This document shows, piece after piece, positions 11,601 through 23,675 of a DNA stretch of 64,000 bases; position 1 is the first letter of the stretch; each line of letters starts with the position of its first letter. The notes below the pieces were generated by a model that saw nothing but the letters and a program-made list of their open reading frames with translations, was not told where the DNA came from and did no database searches. Where the stretch lies: assembly GCA_036172245.1 (NCBI GenBank), contig JAYWIR010000050.1:930001-994000 (forward strand), written 5' to 3'. Origin of the DNA: Raillietiella orientalis (taxonomy: Eukaryota). Both the position numbers and the translations under genes were made by a program.

Positions 11601-14600
11601 TCGCTGGAGAGGAGCAAAGAGGAACGCCCCCAGTCATGACCTCTGTCGACGGACTGCGTACGATTCCTCCCGCAGCGCGGTCAAGTTAGTCCGGCTTCCT
11701 CAAGAGAGGGAAGCGCAGACCGAAGGACACCATCCCGCCTCCCGAGGGTCACCTCGGGATGAAGGGAAAAAAATCCAGAAGGGAGATCGGCCTGCGTGAC
11801 CTCTCAGGTCAGAACTCACCGGAAGGCTGCCTTTCGCAAAGAGCGATAGCCCCGTGAGAGGTTCCCAACGCTGAAAGAGGCACTGGTGGTGACCGGAGAA
11901 GGGAAGCTCTCAAAGGTCAGCACCCGAAGCTGAGAGGAGCGGATGACCGACTGCTCTGGGATCTCGGAGAAGCCAGCAGAAGGACCCCCCTCCTCCCCAT
12001 CTCCATGAGTTCTACCCTCAATCTCCGCCCTAGAGCTCTTCGGTTGCCAAGGTGGAGCTGCGGTCTTTCCGCGTGCACTCGAGGCCGCCATGACAACGGT
12101 GATGCGGACCTCCGAGCCGTGTGCCCTGAGGCTTTACGTTCCGGCCGCGCTCTTTCCGGGTTCCCACTGCATGCGGATCCGGACCGACGTACACTTCTCG
12201 CCAGATGCCTAGAGGGCGGACCCGGACTGACCTCGTGCCGTTCTTTCCAGGTGCGGCAGGCCAACCTCCTGGGAGTAGCCGGCACCGACATCCCCATAGA
12301 GGAGATCAAACTGCTGACACCCTATTCCAAGGTGAGTCAGCACCCGGGACCCACCGCCGCCCCTGGAGGAAGGGCCGCGCCCTCCCGCGAACCCGTCCCA
12401 GCGGCTCCACCACCCCAAGCTCACTGTTCCCCTCGATCCAAAAGAGCACATCCTTCCGAACGCGTAGTCCCCGAGACCACCGCCGCCCCTTGTTCCAGCA
12501 CAGACGGCGAAACGCGTCGCTCGAAGGTATCTCCCTCGTTTCCATGGTGACATCCAAAGACACGGAAGTGTCTGGAGGGCGGGAGCGCCTCACGACACAG
12601 AAGCGTCCAATGGCTTCGAATCCCACCCCATGAGATCTCACTCCGACGAAACCTCGCGGGATGGGGAGAGGGGTACGGGGGTCCTTATCAACCAATCTCT
12701 CCTATCGGCGCGTGCGCCACCTGAGCACTCGCAGTGAGAGGTAGCTCTGAGGTCGCTCTGGATTGAGGTCACCGCCACATGGAAGCAGTAGGAAAACGGG
12801 GACGGAGTGGGGTCCTGCGATGGGGACGACGGTAGTCAGTCGCCGCGAAGGGGACGCCGTCGCGACGGCAGCTCCGCCTGCGGGTAGTGCGTCGCAGGAA
12901 GGGAAGGGACGGGAATGCTTCTTCTCTCGGGAACGCACGCTTTTCCTGGCGGCCGGAAGCAGGAAGAGCGCTCTCCGGGATCGCGACCGTGGGGATCAGC
13001 GATCTGTGCGTCGACATCGGGGATGTAGCTACGCTTTGCATCGACTGCGGGATCAGGGAATGCTGGGGACGACGGCAGGGAGATGCGCGCAAAGATGTAC
13101 TAACGGTTCAGCGGAGTGGACGAGAGAGAGGGTGGGAGCAGCTGAATCCTTGGGCTCCAAGAAAGGAAAGCGCCGCTCAGGGTCACCCAAGGTCTCCGCC
13201 TTAACATGGCGGCTGCATGAGGGGCAAGCTTCCCTGGCTCTCTCGAGCCGCGGCGCAGCTCCCCGGGGAGGGAGGGGGAGAGACTCAGGAGGCGGAAGTC
13301 TGGGGTGGCAGAGCTAGCAGCTGGGGAGAGGGGAAGGGTGGGAGATGCGCCCCTGATCCTCCCCTTGATCTAATTCCCTCGTTTCTCTCCTCCCCCCTTT
13401 TTTTGCAGCTGGGTGTCAACGGATACTCTTTCATCGTCAACAACAACGGATACATCCTCTACCATCCGGATCACCGGCCACTGGTGAGTGGACGCGCGCT
13501 CGTTGCCCGCACCCCGAGCGCTTCCTTGCGCGCGTTCCGGAGACCGCTCGCCACCGCCGCCTCGGTTGCGGCATCTGGCCGCAGGAGGGGCGGGTTACTG
13601 GCGCCGGTGGACTCACGGCGCCAGTAACCTTTTTCCTTTTCAGTTCAGCGGCATCCTGAAGCCGAACTACAACAGTGTGGATTTGGTGGATGTGGAGCTG
13701 GTGGACAACAACGAAGACGCCAGGTACAACGACGTGGAACTGCTGCTGGTGAGTTTCCGGCGGCTCCGAAGTCTGGCGAGGGGCGGCGCGCGCGCCATCG
13801 CCGACCCGCGTCGTGTCCGGGATGCTTTCGCCGATCCTGGAGCGCCACGCGCCGCAGCGACCAGCGTCTTTCCGCCATCCTTCCTCCGGCCGGGCTGACG
13901 GTTCGTCGCCCTCGAGGTGGCGGAGCGCGCTCTTCGGAACCGTTGCCAGGGACGCTCGCCGCCGCGAGTGAGGACGGGAAGCAGGAAGCTCGAGCGGCTT
14001 TCCTGCTCTCCTCCCTAGCCCTTTGCCGTTTCCCGGAAGCAGGGCAACGTGGAGCTCCCGAGGTCTCTCCCGGGAGCACGGCGAGCCGCCTCCGGCGGGG
14101 ACGCAGCAGGACCGACCCTACTCGGGATCGACTTTGCGCTCCCGGGGTGCAAAAGGAACACATCGGTCGCCCGACCTTCCACGCCTTCCGGCGAATGCCC
14201 GTCCGCTGAAGCGACCCGTAACGGGAGTTCTTGCAGCAGCAACCCAATCCAGAGTCGACCGGGAGGTTGGCCCGTTGCGGGCGATGCCGCCGACGCGCTC
14301 GAATCCCTCAGGGAACCGGAAGTATTCCTCCCATCCCTTCCTCCTTCCCCGGAAGCGGAGCGTAGGCGCTCCTTGCTCGCCCTCGTGCCGCGGTGCGGAA
14401 GAGTTCGCAGCATGGCGCACGCCCCCTTTCCCAACGAAGATGCGCGTCCCTGGAGTCTCCCTCGCCATAACGGTAGTCACGTCACGGTAAAAGTGATGAA
14501 GATGGCTCTTCCCCGGGTGGTAGGACGAGGCGACGGCGTTGCATCCGGGTTTCCGGAAACGGCGCGCTCCTCTCCTCGCGAGGTGCGGGGAAGAAAACGC

Positions 14601-17600
14601 GAGCGGCAACAGCGGACCCCCGCCAAAGGTCCGAGCTGTGGACCTGGGGGCAGTCGCGTCTCCCTTTCAACGACGACAACGCCTTTTATGTCCAGCGTGG
14701 ATGAGAACCCAGGCCTACCCTCTGCTAGACACCCACCCACCCCCGCTCTCGTTAGGGAGTTTCTTCGTCACCTGTTAAAGCGTCGAGGACCCCGGCGGCA
14801 CGCTTCCGTATTCTTGGGGGGGGGAGCGAGAGGGGAAGGGGCATTGCCCGTGGCTTTTTTTCGTCTCGAGAAAAGTCTCCAGTGACTGCATAAGGCGCTC
14901 GCCTACCGAGCTCCTGAATTTCCTGGCACGCCATCCGGAAATCCGGAAATCCTTTTTTTTTTTCTTCCCGTTTTGCTTTCCTGCTACGTGGATCTCCTGC
15001 CCTCACCTTGCGGAGGTCAGGAGAAAGTCTCCCTCTTCAGGGACGGAGGATGGGTTGGGACCGTTCCGGTGCGGGCGAATGGTCCTCGAGAAGGGTGGAG
15101 GCGGCAGCGGAGGTGGGGTGGCTGCATCAAAAGGTCCCATAGCCTCCTCCTGCTTCTTCCGGGAGCTCCAGTCAGGACACCGCAACGTTTTCCTCCCTCT
15201 CCCTGGTGCAAAACTCCCGAAGCAAAGCTGGGGCATCCCGCTCTGAGGCTTCCCCCTGCCCCCCTCCCCATCGGGGCTACTTCCTCGCGAGCCCTCAGTA
15301 GCGGCCCTTCCACGAAGACACCTCTCCTCGACGGACACCTTTGCTCTGAGACAGTGCGGGGGCTGCTGCCCGAAGAGGGCACGCGCCCCTGCTCCCCCTC
15401 CGTGTTCGAAGGCGGCACTTCCCCTGCTCGGCTTTTCCTTCTTTCTCGTCACCTATCTTCGCCCTACTAGGAGACCACGCGGGGATTCATGAACCGCAAA
15501 GCCCACGCCTCTCCGCGCTCCGTTCGGTCGATCGCCGTGGCCGAGGGGCCGCGCTGCTCCGACGGGCAACGGGCGGAACGCGGAGATGCCGCGGGGAGAT
15601 CGCCGGTGCCGACTCGGCTGTCGGATCGGCTGAAGATCGGGTCGGCGTTGTCTCGACAGGTGCTCGCTTTCCACCCCCCTCGCCTTCTCTTGAGACGAGT
15701 GGCGGAAGCTACCCGGCAGCTCTCGGACTTTGGCATCCTCGTCTCTCCCGAAGCCCTCGAAGAATCCAGAAAGGTTCCGCTTCGCTGCTCGATCGCGTCA
15801 CGCACGTGGGAGCATTCGAACAGTCCGCTGGAGGTCCGATGACTAAGCTCTGACCCATCACTCCGCGGTGACTCGAGCGTCAGTATGCGCCATCACTGCT
15901 GCCTCATCGCGATCCTGGAGGTCCAAAAACGACGAGCCGTCCTGCAGGAGCTGGGCGTTCCAGGAACCCCCACGAGTCGGCGCGGCAGGCAGGAGGCAGA
16001 GTCCAACCGTCCGATACGGGTCGGGCGGCACCCGCTGCGAGCGCAGACCTGCGCAGTCGAGTCTTCCCCTTCTCCGCACCCCTTCCTCCCTCCCTGCGGA
16101 GCGCGAGGCCGCCGGGTCGAATCCCGGTAGTGCGTTCCACCCCTCATCCCAACCGGTGGACGACGATCGTGGAAAGTAAGAACGAATCGTGGTAGGACGA
16201 GGCGTCGGCGGATTATCCGGATTTCCGGGAACGCTTTCTGCTTTGGGCAGACACCGCGAACGCTGCGGCAGGGCACAGAGGGTGCGGAGGGTCCTTCGAG
16301 CGACTCGAATGCGAGAAACGGGCATGAGGGGCTGCCGGAACTTCGAGCTGGTGTGGGCTGAGGAGCGAGGTCAGAGAGAATTCCGCGAAAATGGACCCCG
16401 TGGTTTTTTGTGGCCCCCGGAGCTGCGCGATGTCGGAGCTTCCGGAAAGCCAGCGGCTATCGTCGGAAGGAACCCACTAAAAGAGTTTGCCCTCTGCGAA
16501 CGCCAGCGACTGACCCGTGCTGGTCGCTGCGTCCCGCGAGCATGTCGACACCAGCTGATTCTGCCTGGAGGTGTGGAAGTGCCCCGCCGGGTTCGAGGGA
16601 AACGGGAGGAGTTCTCTCTTTCCGCTCGCCACCTTCCCGTGGGTCGCATGCCCTTCCCCCCGCTCAGCGAAGGCGAATTCTGGCGACGCGACGACTCCTC
16701 TGCAACCCTTAGGGAAGAAGGAAGGCGCGAAATCCTCCGTTGCTGCTCTGCGTGAGTCGGGGTCGGATGCCGATCCCGGAACTTCCCAAAGAAGACCGCG
16801 TAGGAATCTTCCTCGCCCCCCATGCCGGCCGATGGCCTCGTTTGCCGGGTCGCTCTGCGAGCGCGAACGTGGGGTCTGCTCCCGCCTTCCTGAAGTTCCG
16901 AAATCTCCGCGGCCGCTCCCTGCTGCCTCCTTCCTACCCCCGTCCCGCCCTGCCGCTCGAAATGCCCGCGCAAATGCGGGAGGCGCATTTTCCCTCCGCC
17001 TCCCTCCTGACCAGCTGTCTGGTAGATGCGCCGCGACATGGTGGACCAGGTGCAGGGAGAAACGAGGCTGAACATGAAAATCCACCTGGACGCCATGGTA
17101 AGGGCAGCGCATCCCGGCCCGGCAAGCGCTGAACGTGGGAATTCCCAGAAAAGAGTGACGACGCGAAGACAAAAATACTTTTACCATCCCATCAACGGGA
17201 CGCCTTTCTCCCTGGGCATCGCAGTTCCCGATACCTACGGCCTGAACAAAGTTCACGGCCAAACTGAGATTCACTTGAGCGATGAGAACAGTAAGTTTTT
17301 ATGGATCTTCACGGAGCTTCGGCTTTATTTGTTTTCTTTTGTTTTTATTTGTTTTATGCAATGTCAATACGCGCGACTTCTGGAACACGCAATGGTAATT
17401 AATGAACTTTCTTCCTCACTTTCAGTAACGTCGTATTTCCAAGGAGACAACTGGACCATTCACCCCAACTGGTGAGTCTTTTTCCCGGTGAACGCTTGTG
17501 GCGACCACGCGTGCCTGCTTCTCGTAAACCCCCCTCTTTCCCCACCGCAGAAAAAGGATGGGCAGGCAAATGGAAAGAGGAAAACGAACTCGGTAGACGC

Positions 17601-20600
17601 GGCGATCCTGGCGTGAGTGTGTGCTCTCGGGCACGCGCTTGACCGACCGCTTCCGAGGTCAGCGGAGGGCAGGGAGCTCCACCCTCCTCGTTTTCGTACG
17701 ATCACGCGAGAATCTGTCGCTTCGCGTCCCTCCGATGCTCGCGTGGCGGCTGGTCGGCTGGGACTGGCCGCCGACTCTTCCTCCCCCAAACGGACCGCGG
17801 GACACGCTTTTCCAGGATGTCGAGGGCGAACCCGAAGGAGAGACGACGGCGCCAGGAGCAGCTGACTGCCGTACCCCGGGCGTCGCGGAATTTCTTCTTC
17901 CTCTTCTTCTTCGACTCCGCTCGGAGCAGCCCAGATCGCCGGTTCTGCTCCCGCCTCTGATTTGCTTCGCACTCTGGTTGCGGGCTGTCCCAGAGGCTTG
18001 CGGCGGATCTTCCGGGAGGGAGATCGCCGGGATGCGCGGCGACCATGGCTAGGGATAGGCTCTTTACAAGAGGCGGGAAGGGAGGGGGAGAAACGGAAGG
18101 GAGAGAGAGGTGCGCGCATTTTGCCGAGCGCCGTTTCTTCGACCTGTCCATCTTCGTCGTTTCCGTCGAGAGAGAGGAGCGGTCCTCGACGGGTGTCGCA
18201 GATGTCACCGCCGGGATTCGAACCCGCTCGGCTCCGGAGGGCTTCCGCCACCGTGCCATTGTCTCTGCGCGAGCATAAAAAAGGCGTCATCGCCGTCGAC
18301 TCTTCTGGGAAAAACACGGAAGACTGGTCGGTACATCCCCCCCACCCGCGGCCTTCCACTACTCTCTGCTTTCGCTTTGAACGCAGAGACGTGCTTTATT
18401 TTCGGAAACGACCGAAGAGTTTCCTGAGACAGCTTCGCCTCCATGGCATGAGATGGCAGAAGATTTTAAGCAGGTCCAGCGGTTTCGCAGAGGAATACAA
18501 CCTCTACTCGTCCACGCATCCTACCATTCAAGGCGGCTTCCAGCTCGATTAGCACGTTTGCCCCGAGGCCCCTCCAGGCGTCTGTCGGTTTCGTAAGATG
18601 CGGCAACGTTTCGACCCTTCCAGCTTCTTTAGTAGCTGGAAGGAGTGCAGCATTTCCCTGCTTGGGAGTTTCGTTTTCCCTCCCCGGACCCCCCCTTCAC
18701 CTACCACCACCACTGCTGCAGATGGGTCTTGAGATCTTGGAAATGGGTGGGAATTCAGCTGCAGGGGCGCCTTGAAATTTTTGCTGCAGTCAGGGGAATT
18801 TCTTTTTTCCCCTGCAGCCCCGGAGGTCTTGGCGGATGACTCCACTCGCTGGAACCCACTCCGTTCCTGCTTTCTGGCGTGCAGCCAACAGCGCGCTTCC
18901 CTGATCTTCGGCTGGGGAATTTCCCATCCTTTGGCGACCCGCCGTCAGGACCGCTTTGCGCCTTCCCCGAAGTGCGGATTTTCCGTGTTCCGCTTCGCTT
19001 GGGGCGCAACACCCCGTGACCCCTCGCCAGCCTCTGGCTGCGCACGCGGCGGCCATTTCGTGCTTTCCTCGGCGCCCCCCTCTCAGTCTCTCTCCAGACT
19101 TCCCCTTGGCGGGGGTGCCGCTTTCTGCTTAGGTGCCCTAAGCCGCGGGGCGCATGAGCACGCTACTGCTTCGTGGCTTTAGGCGCCTCCGGTGAAGTTG
19201 CCGGCCGTGCTGGATGCTGCTGCTGGAGCGCCCGCCCTCCTCCCTTCGTGCTCTCCCTGACTGCGGCCCTCGCTGAAGGCGCGCGGCTGCCTCTGTCGCC
19301 GCCTCCACTCGGCCCGCTCCGTTCTCCGCGCTGCCCCTCCACGCCGCTGCTGCTGGATTCCCGCGCAGGCAGGAACGACGGGTGCGGCTCCTCGCCCCGA
19401 GGGGGGCGACCGGAGATGCCTTGAAGGATCGGCCAGCCCCTCTCACTGCGCCCACATCGCTTCCCTGGTGAGACTGGCCAAACGGTCGTATCAAGGAGCA
19501 CGCTCGGAGTCCGCGCGCGCCGCGTCCTCTTCCCGGCAAGCGCGGAGAAGACCGGAAAGCAGGGCACTCCTCCTCCTCCTCGCTGGCCGGGATGTCGCTC
19601 CTGCTCCGGCCTGGAGACTGGGTCGGCATCCCGTGTCCTCAGGGAGCGACTCGTGGAAGGGGGTCCGTCCAGGAGGTGCGCGCGCGCGCGCGGGCGGTTC
19701 GGAGCTTCCCTCCGTCGCGTTCGGTGTTCTCCGCTTCTTGCAGGGGCCGCTCGCGCCCGAGGGGGAGTCGTCGGTCAGTGGCCCCCAGGGAAGACGGGAA
19801 CGGTCGCGCGCTCGCGGGAGAGCTTGCATCCGGTAGGATGCTTGCTGTTGCGAAAGAGGGAGATCACCTCGTGGACAGCCGCCTCGGCTCGGCTGTCGAA
19901 AAGGAGTCTGCGCGTGCGCACGTGCGAGTGCACGGAGGTTGGCTTTCGGCTTCTGTGACGCGTTCGCCCGATGGGCTAGGCGCAGAGGGGGGCAAGGGGG
20001 GTGAGGGGGTCGCGAATCCTCGGGTCCCGCTTCGAGAAGGGATGCGCCGACTTCCCGGCCTTATCTCGGAGGCCACTCCGTTCGGATGCTGCCATGGACG
20101 TCGGGTGGCTCTTTCCTCCCCTCTCAGTGCAGGCCGCGGAAGGAGGCGCCTCCCTGTCACTCGCTGCGTTCGCCTTCCCACCCCCCCGCCCCGTGGGAAC
20201 GGCGGCGCGCAGACGCGCAGCATCGCAGCTTTCCTCGCCTCCTTACGATACGAGGCGGCGCTCGGAGTCTGCGCCGACGCCGGCCGCCGAGGAACGAGCG
20301 CCAGCCCGCGTCGTCGCCTTGGAGGATGCCGACCCGGGAGCGCTTCCGCGACGTCGGCGAGGAGCCTGGCCCCTTTCGCGGTGACCTCTCGAAACGCGCC
20401 CGTCGCGGTGACCTGTCGGCTGAGGTGACCCTCAGAGACACCTCCTGAGGGAGAAGCAGTTCGAGCAGGCCCTCTCTCGTTCAAGGGGCTGCGGAGATGG
20501 GAGCTCCCCAGTGCGTGCATGGGGGCACTCAGCCCGGCGTTCACCGGGCCCAATGCACCCCTCTTTTTTTTTTTCTTTTCCCTCCGTCCGAAGCATCTTC

Positions 20601-23600
20601 GACAAGCCCTTGAACGCGGGGAAGGGCGGAGACGGGGGGCGGCCGCCGAGTCTCCACCCGTATCTGGAGCAAAATACACCGCGGGTGTTTTCGCGAGGAG
20701 GAGGAGGAAGAAAGGCCTTCCCGGAGAGTCCGGGCGGGTCCTCTCTGAACTGTGGAGAGCGGCGACGCCTCCTTGCGCCTCCTGCCCCGAGGGCAGAAAG
20801 AGGTCCGAACTATGCCCCCTCGGAAGGTCGAGGACCCGGTTGCCCTTTCCCTCGTTGCGCGCACGCCGGGAGGCGGGACGAGGGACTCCGTCCCCACGCG
20901 AAGAGAGCGCCCGGATCGATCTCTCGGGTGGGGCGCTTCCCCCGGGCCGGGGCCGCGGGACGATCCGGAACGCTCCGGGGCTTTCTCTCTCCCCCCTTCC
21001 CTTCCTCCCTGCCGCGCGCGCAACCCGTCCGTCCGCGACGCGCCGGTTCGTGGGGGGAATCCCCGGGAGACGGAAGCTCCGCGCGTCCGCCCGCCGCGCT
21101 GCCGGGACGCGGAGTAGGGGAGGGGGGGGAACCTGCCGCTCCTCTTTCCCCTGCCCTCCCCCTCTCACGCTGCCACCCCTACTGCCACCATTCCCGCTGC
21201 TGCTGCTGCAATTGCAGCTGCTACTGTTACTTCCATCACTACTATTACTTTCACGAATATCATTACTCTTATTTGTATTATTGCTTTTACTACTGCTATT
21301 ACTTTCACGACTACCATTACTTCCACCACTGCTATTATTGCCACCATTATTGTTACTTTTACTACTTGCATTACTTTTATTACGATTATTGCTTCCAACA
21401 CTTCCATTATAAAACTGTTTTACCGATGTTATTATTACCATTATTGTTGTTGCTGTTACCATGACTGTGTTACGATCATTACTATCACTATTATTGCCAT
21501 CGTTATTGTTGCTGTTACTATTATTACTGCCGCAATTCTTGCTATTACTACTTCTCCTATTATGATTGCTTTTACTGTCTTTCCTATCACTATTATTACC
21601 ATTACCATTTACGCTACTATTACCGTTGCTGCTATTTCCGCTGTAGCTATTACCATTAGTATTACTGTTGCCATTACTGCTATTACTACTTAATATCACT
21701 AGTACTAATAACAGTAACGTTACTAATACTATCACTATTATGATCATAACAATTATCACTTTTGCTACTATTGTCATTGCCGCCGCGTTATTTATAGTGC
21801 TTTTATCGCATGTTGTTGCCACCATTTGTAATCCCGGCGCCTCCGTTGTCACTCGCGGTGGCGCCTCCGTCCTCCCCTCGCTTCCCCGTTCGTCCCTGGG
21901 GGCGGAAGGGTTTGGCCTGTTGCACGCTGCGGGCCAGGCGGAAAGGAGGGGTTGGGGGGGGTGAAGGGCAGGCGTGGACACGAGGGAGCGGAGGGAGGGA
22001 GTCGCCGGTGCTGCGCGAGCGCCCCCGCGGTTGGTCGGATGCCCACCAGCCGCCCGCTACCGGTCGCTGCTCGCCCCCGACTCACCCGCCCCCCCCCCGT
22101 TACTGCTTTCCAGGGTGTACTGCCGCTACCGCTACGAGGACAAGCGGCCCTTCTTCTCCAACAAGCAGGAGCTGCTGCACTTCCTGACGGGGACGCAGAA
22201 GCCCGGCTGGAAGTGGTACTCCACGAGGGTGCCGCCCCTCCCCTACGACTACTGTAAGTTGCTCCCTCCCCCACTCCCCTCTTCCTCCCCGCTGCCGAGA
22301 CCGCTCCCCGCCCCTGGGAGGGGCAGCCGACCCGTGCGGCCCGAGCGGAATCCGTCGCCCCCCCGTCCGGTTCTCCCTCTCGACCTGTTGGCGTCGCCTC
22401 GCCTAGTCGAGCTCCCCGCCACCCACCCACCTACCCACACGCTGGGGAGTGGGAGCGGCTTCCCGCCGACCCGAGGAGAGCTCCTCTGCGCGGGACGGTA
22501 ACCCTGCCTTCTCTTTTCTTCCAGATCCACACCTCCAGAGCTTCGACCCCTTCTCGTACTTTTGTGAGTACCCCAGGGCCGCCTTGACTCCGGAGCGACC
22601 GCTGCTGGCGTTTCAGGCGACAAGGATCTGCTACAGTCCTTGGTATTCGACGCCAAGGCGACCGACGTGTTCGAAGACGCCGGCGCGAAGCACCAGATCG
22701 ACGACAGCTCCGGGTAAGCCCTGCCCCCGCGATGGGGCGGCGTCGGAGGACGCCGCTGCCTTGAAGGACGCACCTTCCGGAGAGGTCCGGGGTCGCCAGG
22801 TCGGACAGAGCGACTTCCCCCCTCTCCCCTTTTTGTCTCCTTTCCACTGGAGAAACGCCCCCTTCCTCTCCCCGACTCCCTCCCTCGCGGCGAGGGAGCG
22901 GGAGTGCGCGCGCGGGGCAAACCTGCGCGGCCCCGCGCGCGCAGAAGGGGGCCGGCCGGCCGTCGCACCCGAACTTGGTTCTCAACCCTCCTCGGAGATG
23001 GCGCGGCGACAAGGCTCGCCCGAGAGAGCCTCGTCGCGCTGTTGTTACTGCCGGCCGTGGCGAAGAAACCACCGCGAAACAGGACGCGCCGCCGTCCTCC
23101 TCCCTCCGAAAGAGCTCCCCCGAAAACGGGGTGCGTGGACGCTGTTTCCGAAGGGCCAGGTGACCCTCCGTGTTCTTGTCGAGCCGCGCCCGCTCGCTTC
23201 CACGTCCCGTTCTTCCATTCCTCCGAGAAGAGGCGGTGCGGCCGGGATGCTCCGAGGCCGCCGCTCGTGCGCTCCGGAGCGTGCGGTGGTGTGGGGCGGG
23301 ACCTCGGGGAAAAGGAGGAGGCATGATTTTCGGTCCCTTCTCATCCCCCTTCCCTCGGGTTATTCAGTGGGGGGCGCGCGCGCGCCGCTTCCCCCCACTG
23401 CGGCGGAAAGCGGAAGTTGCTCATCTCTCTGCGCTGCGCTCCGAGAGCGCTGGGGGGCAGCAACACGGGCTGCCCCCCTCTCCGTCCTCCGCTCTTTCCT
23501 CGCGAGCCTGGCGCCCTCCCAGAGAGAGTGGTGGTGGTGTAAGGGGAAAAAACCGCGCGCTCCCCGTTGCGCACCCTCGCCCGTGCTCCTGGCGAGGGAG

Positions 23601-23638
23601 GCGAGAGCACGAGTGTGGGCGTGCGCAGGAAAGAGAGG

Positions 23639-23675
<37 letters not shown>

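Noticed and set aside
19864..21981. 705-aa minus-strand ORF with Asn/Ser-rich and Ile/Val-rich segments
   Set aside because: Produced by the degenerate trinucleotide tract plus GC-rich flanks; antisense within an intron; no domain content.
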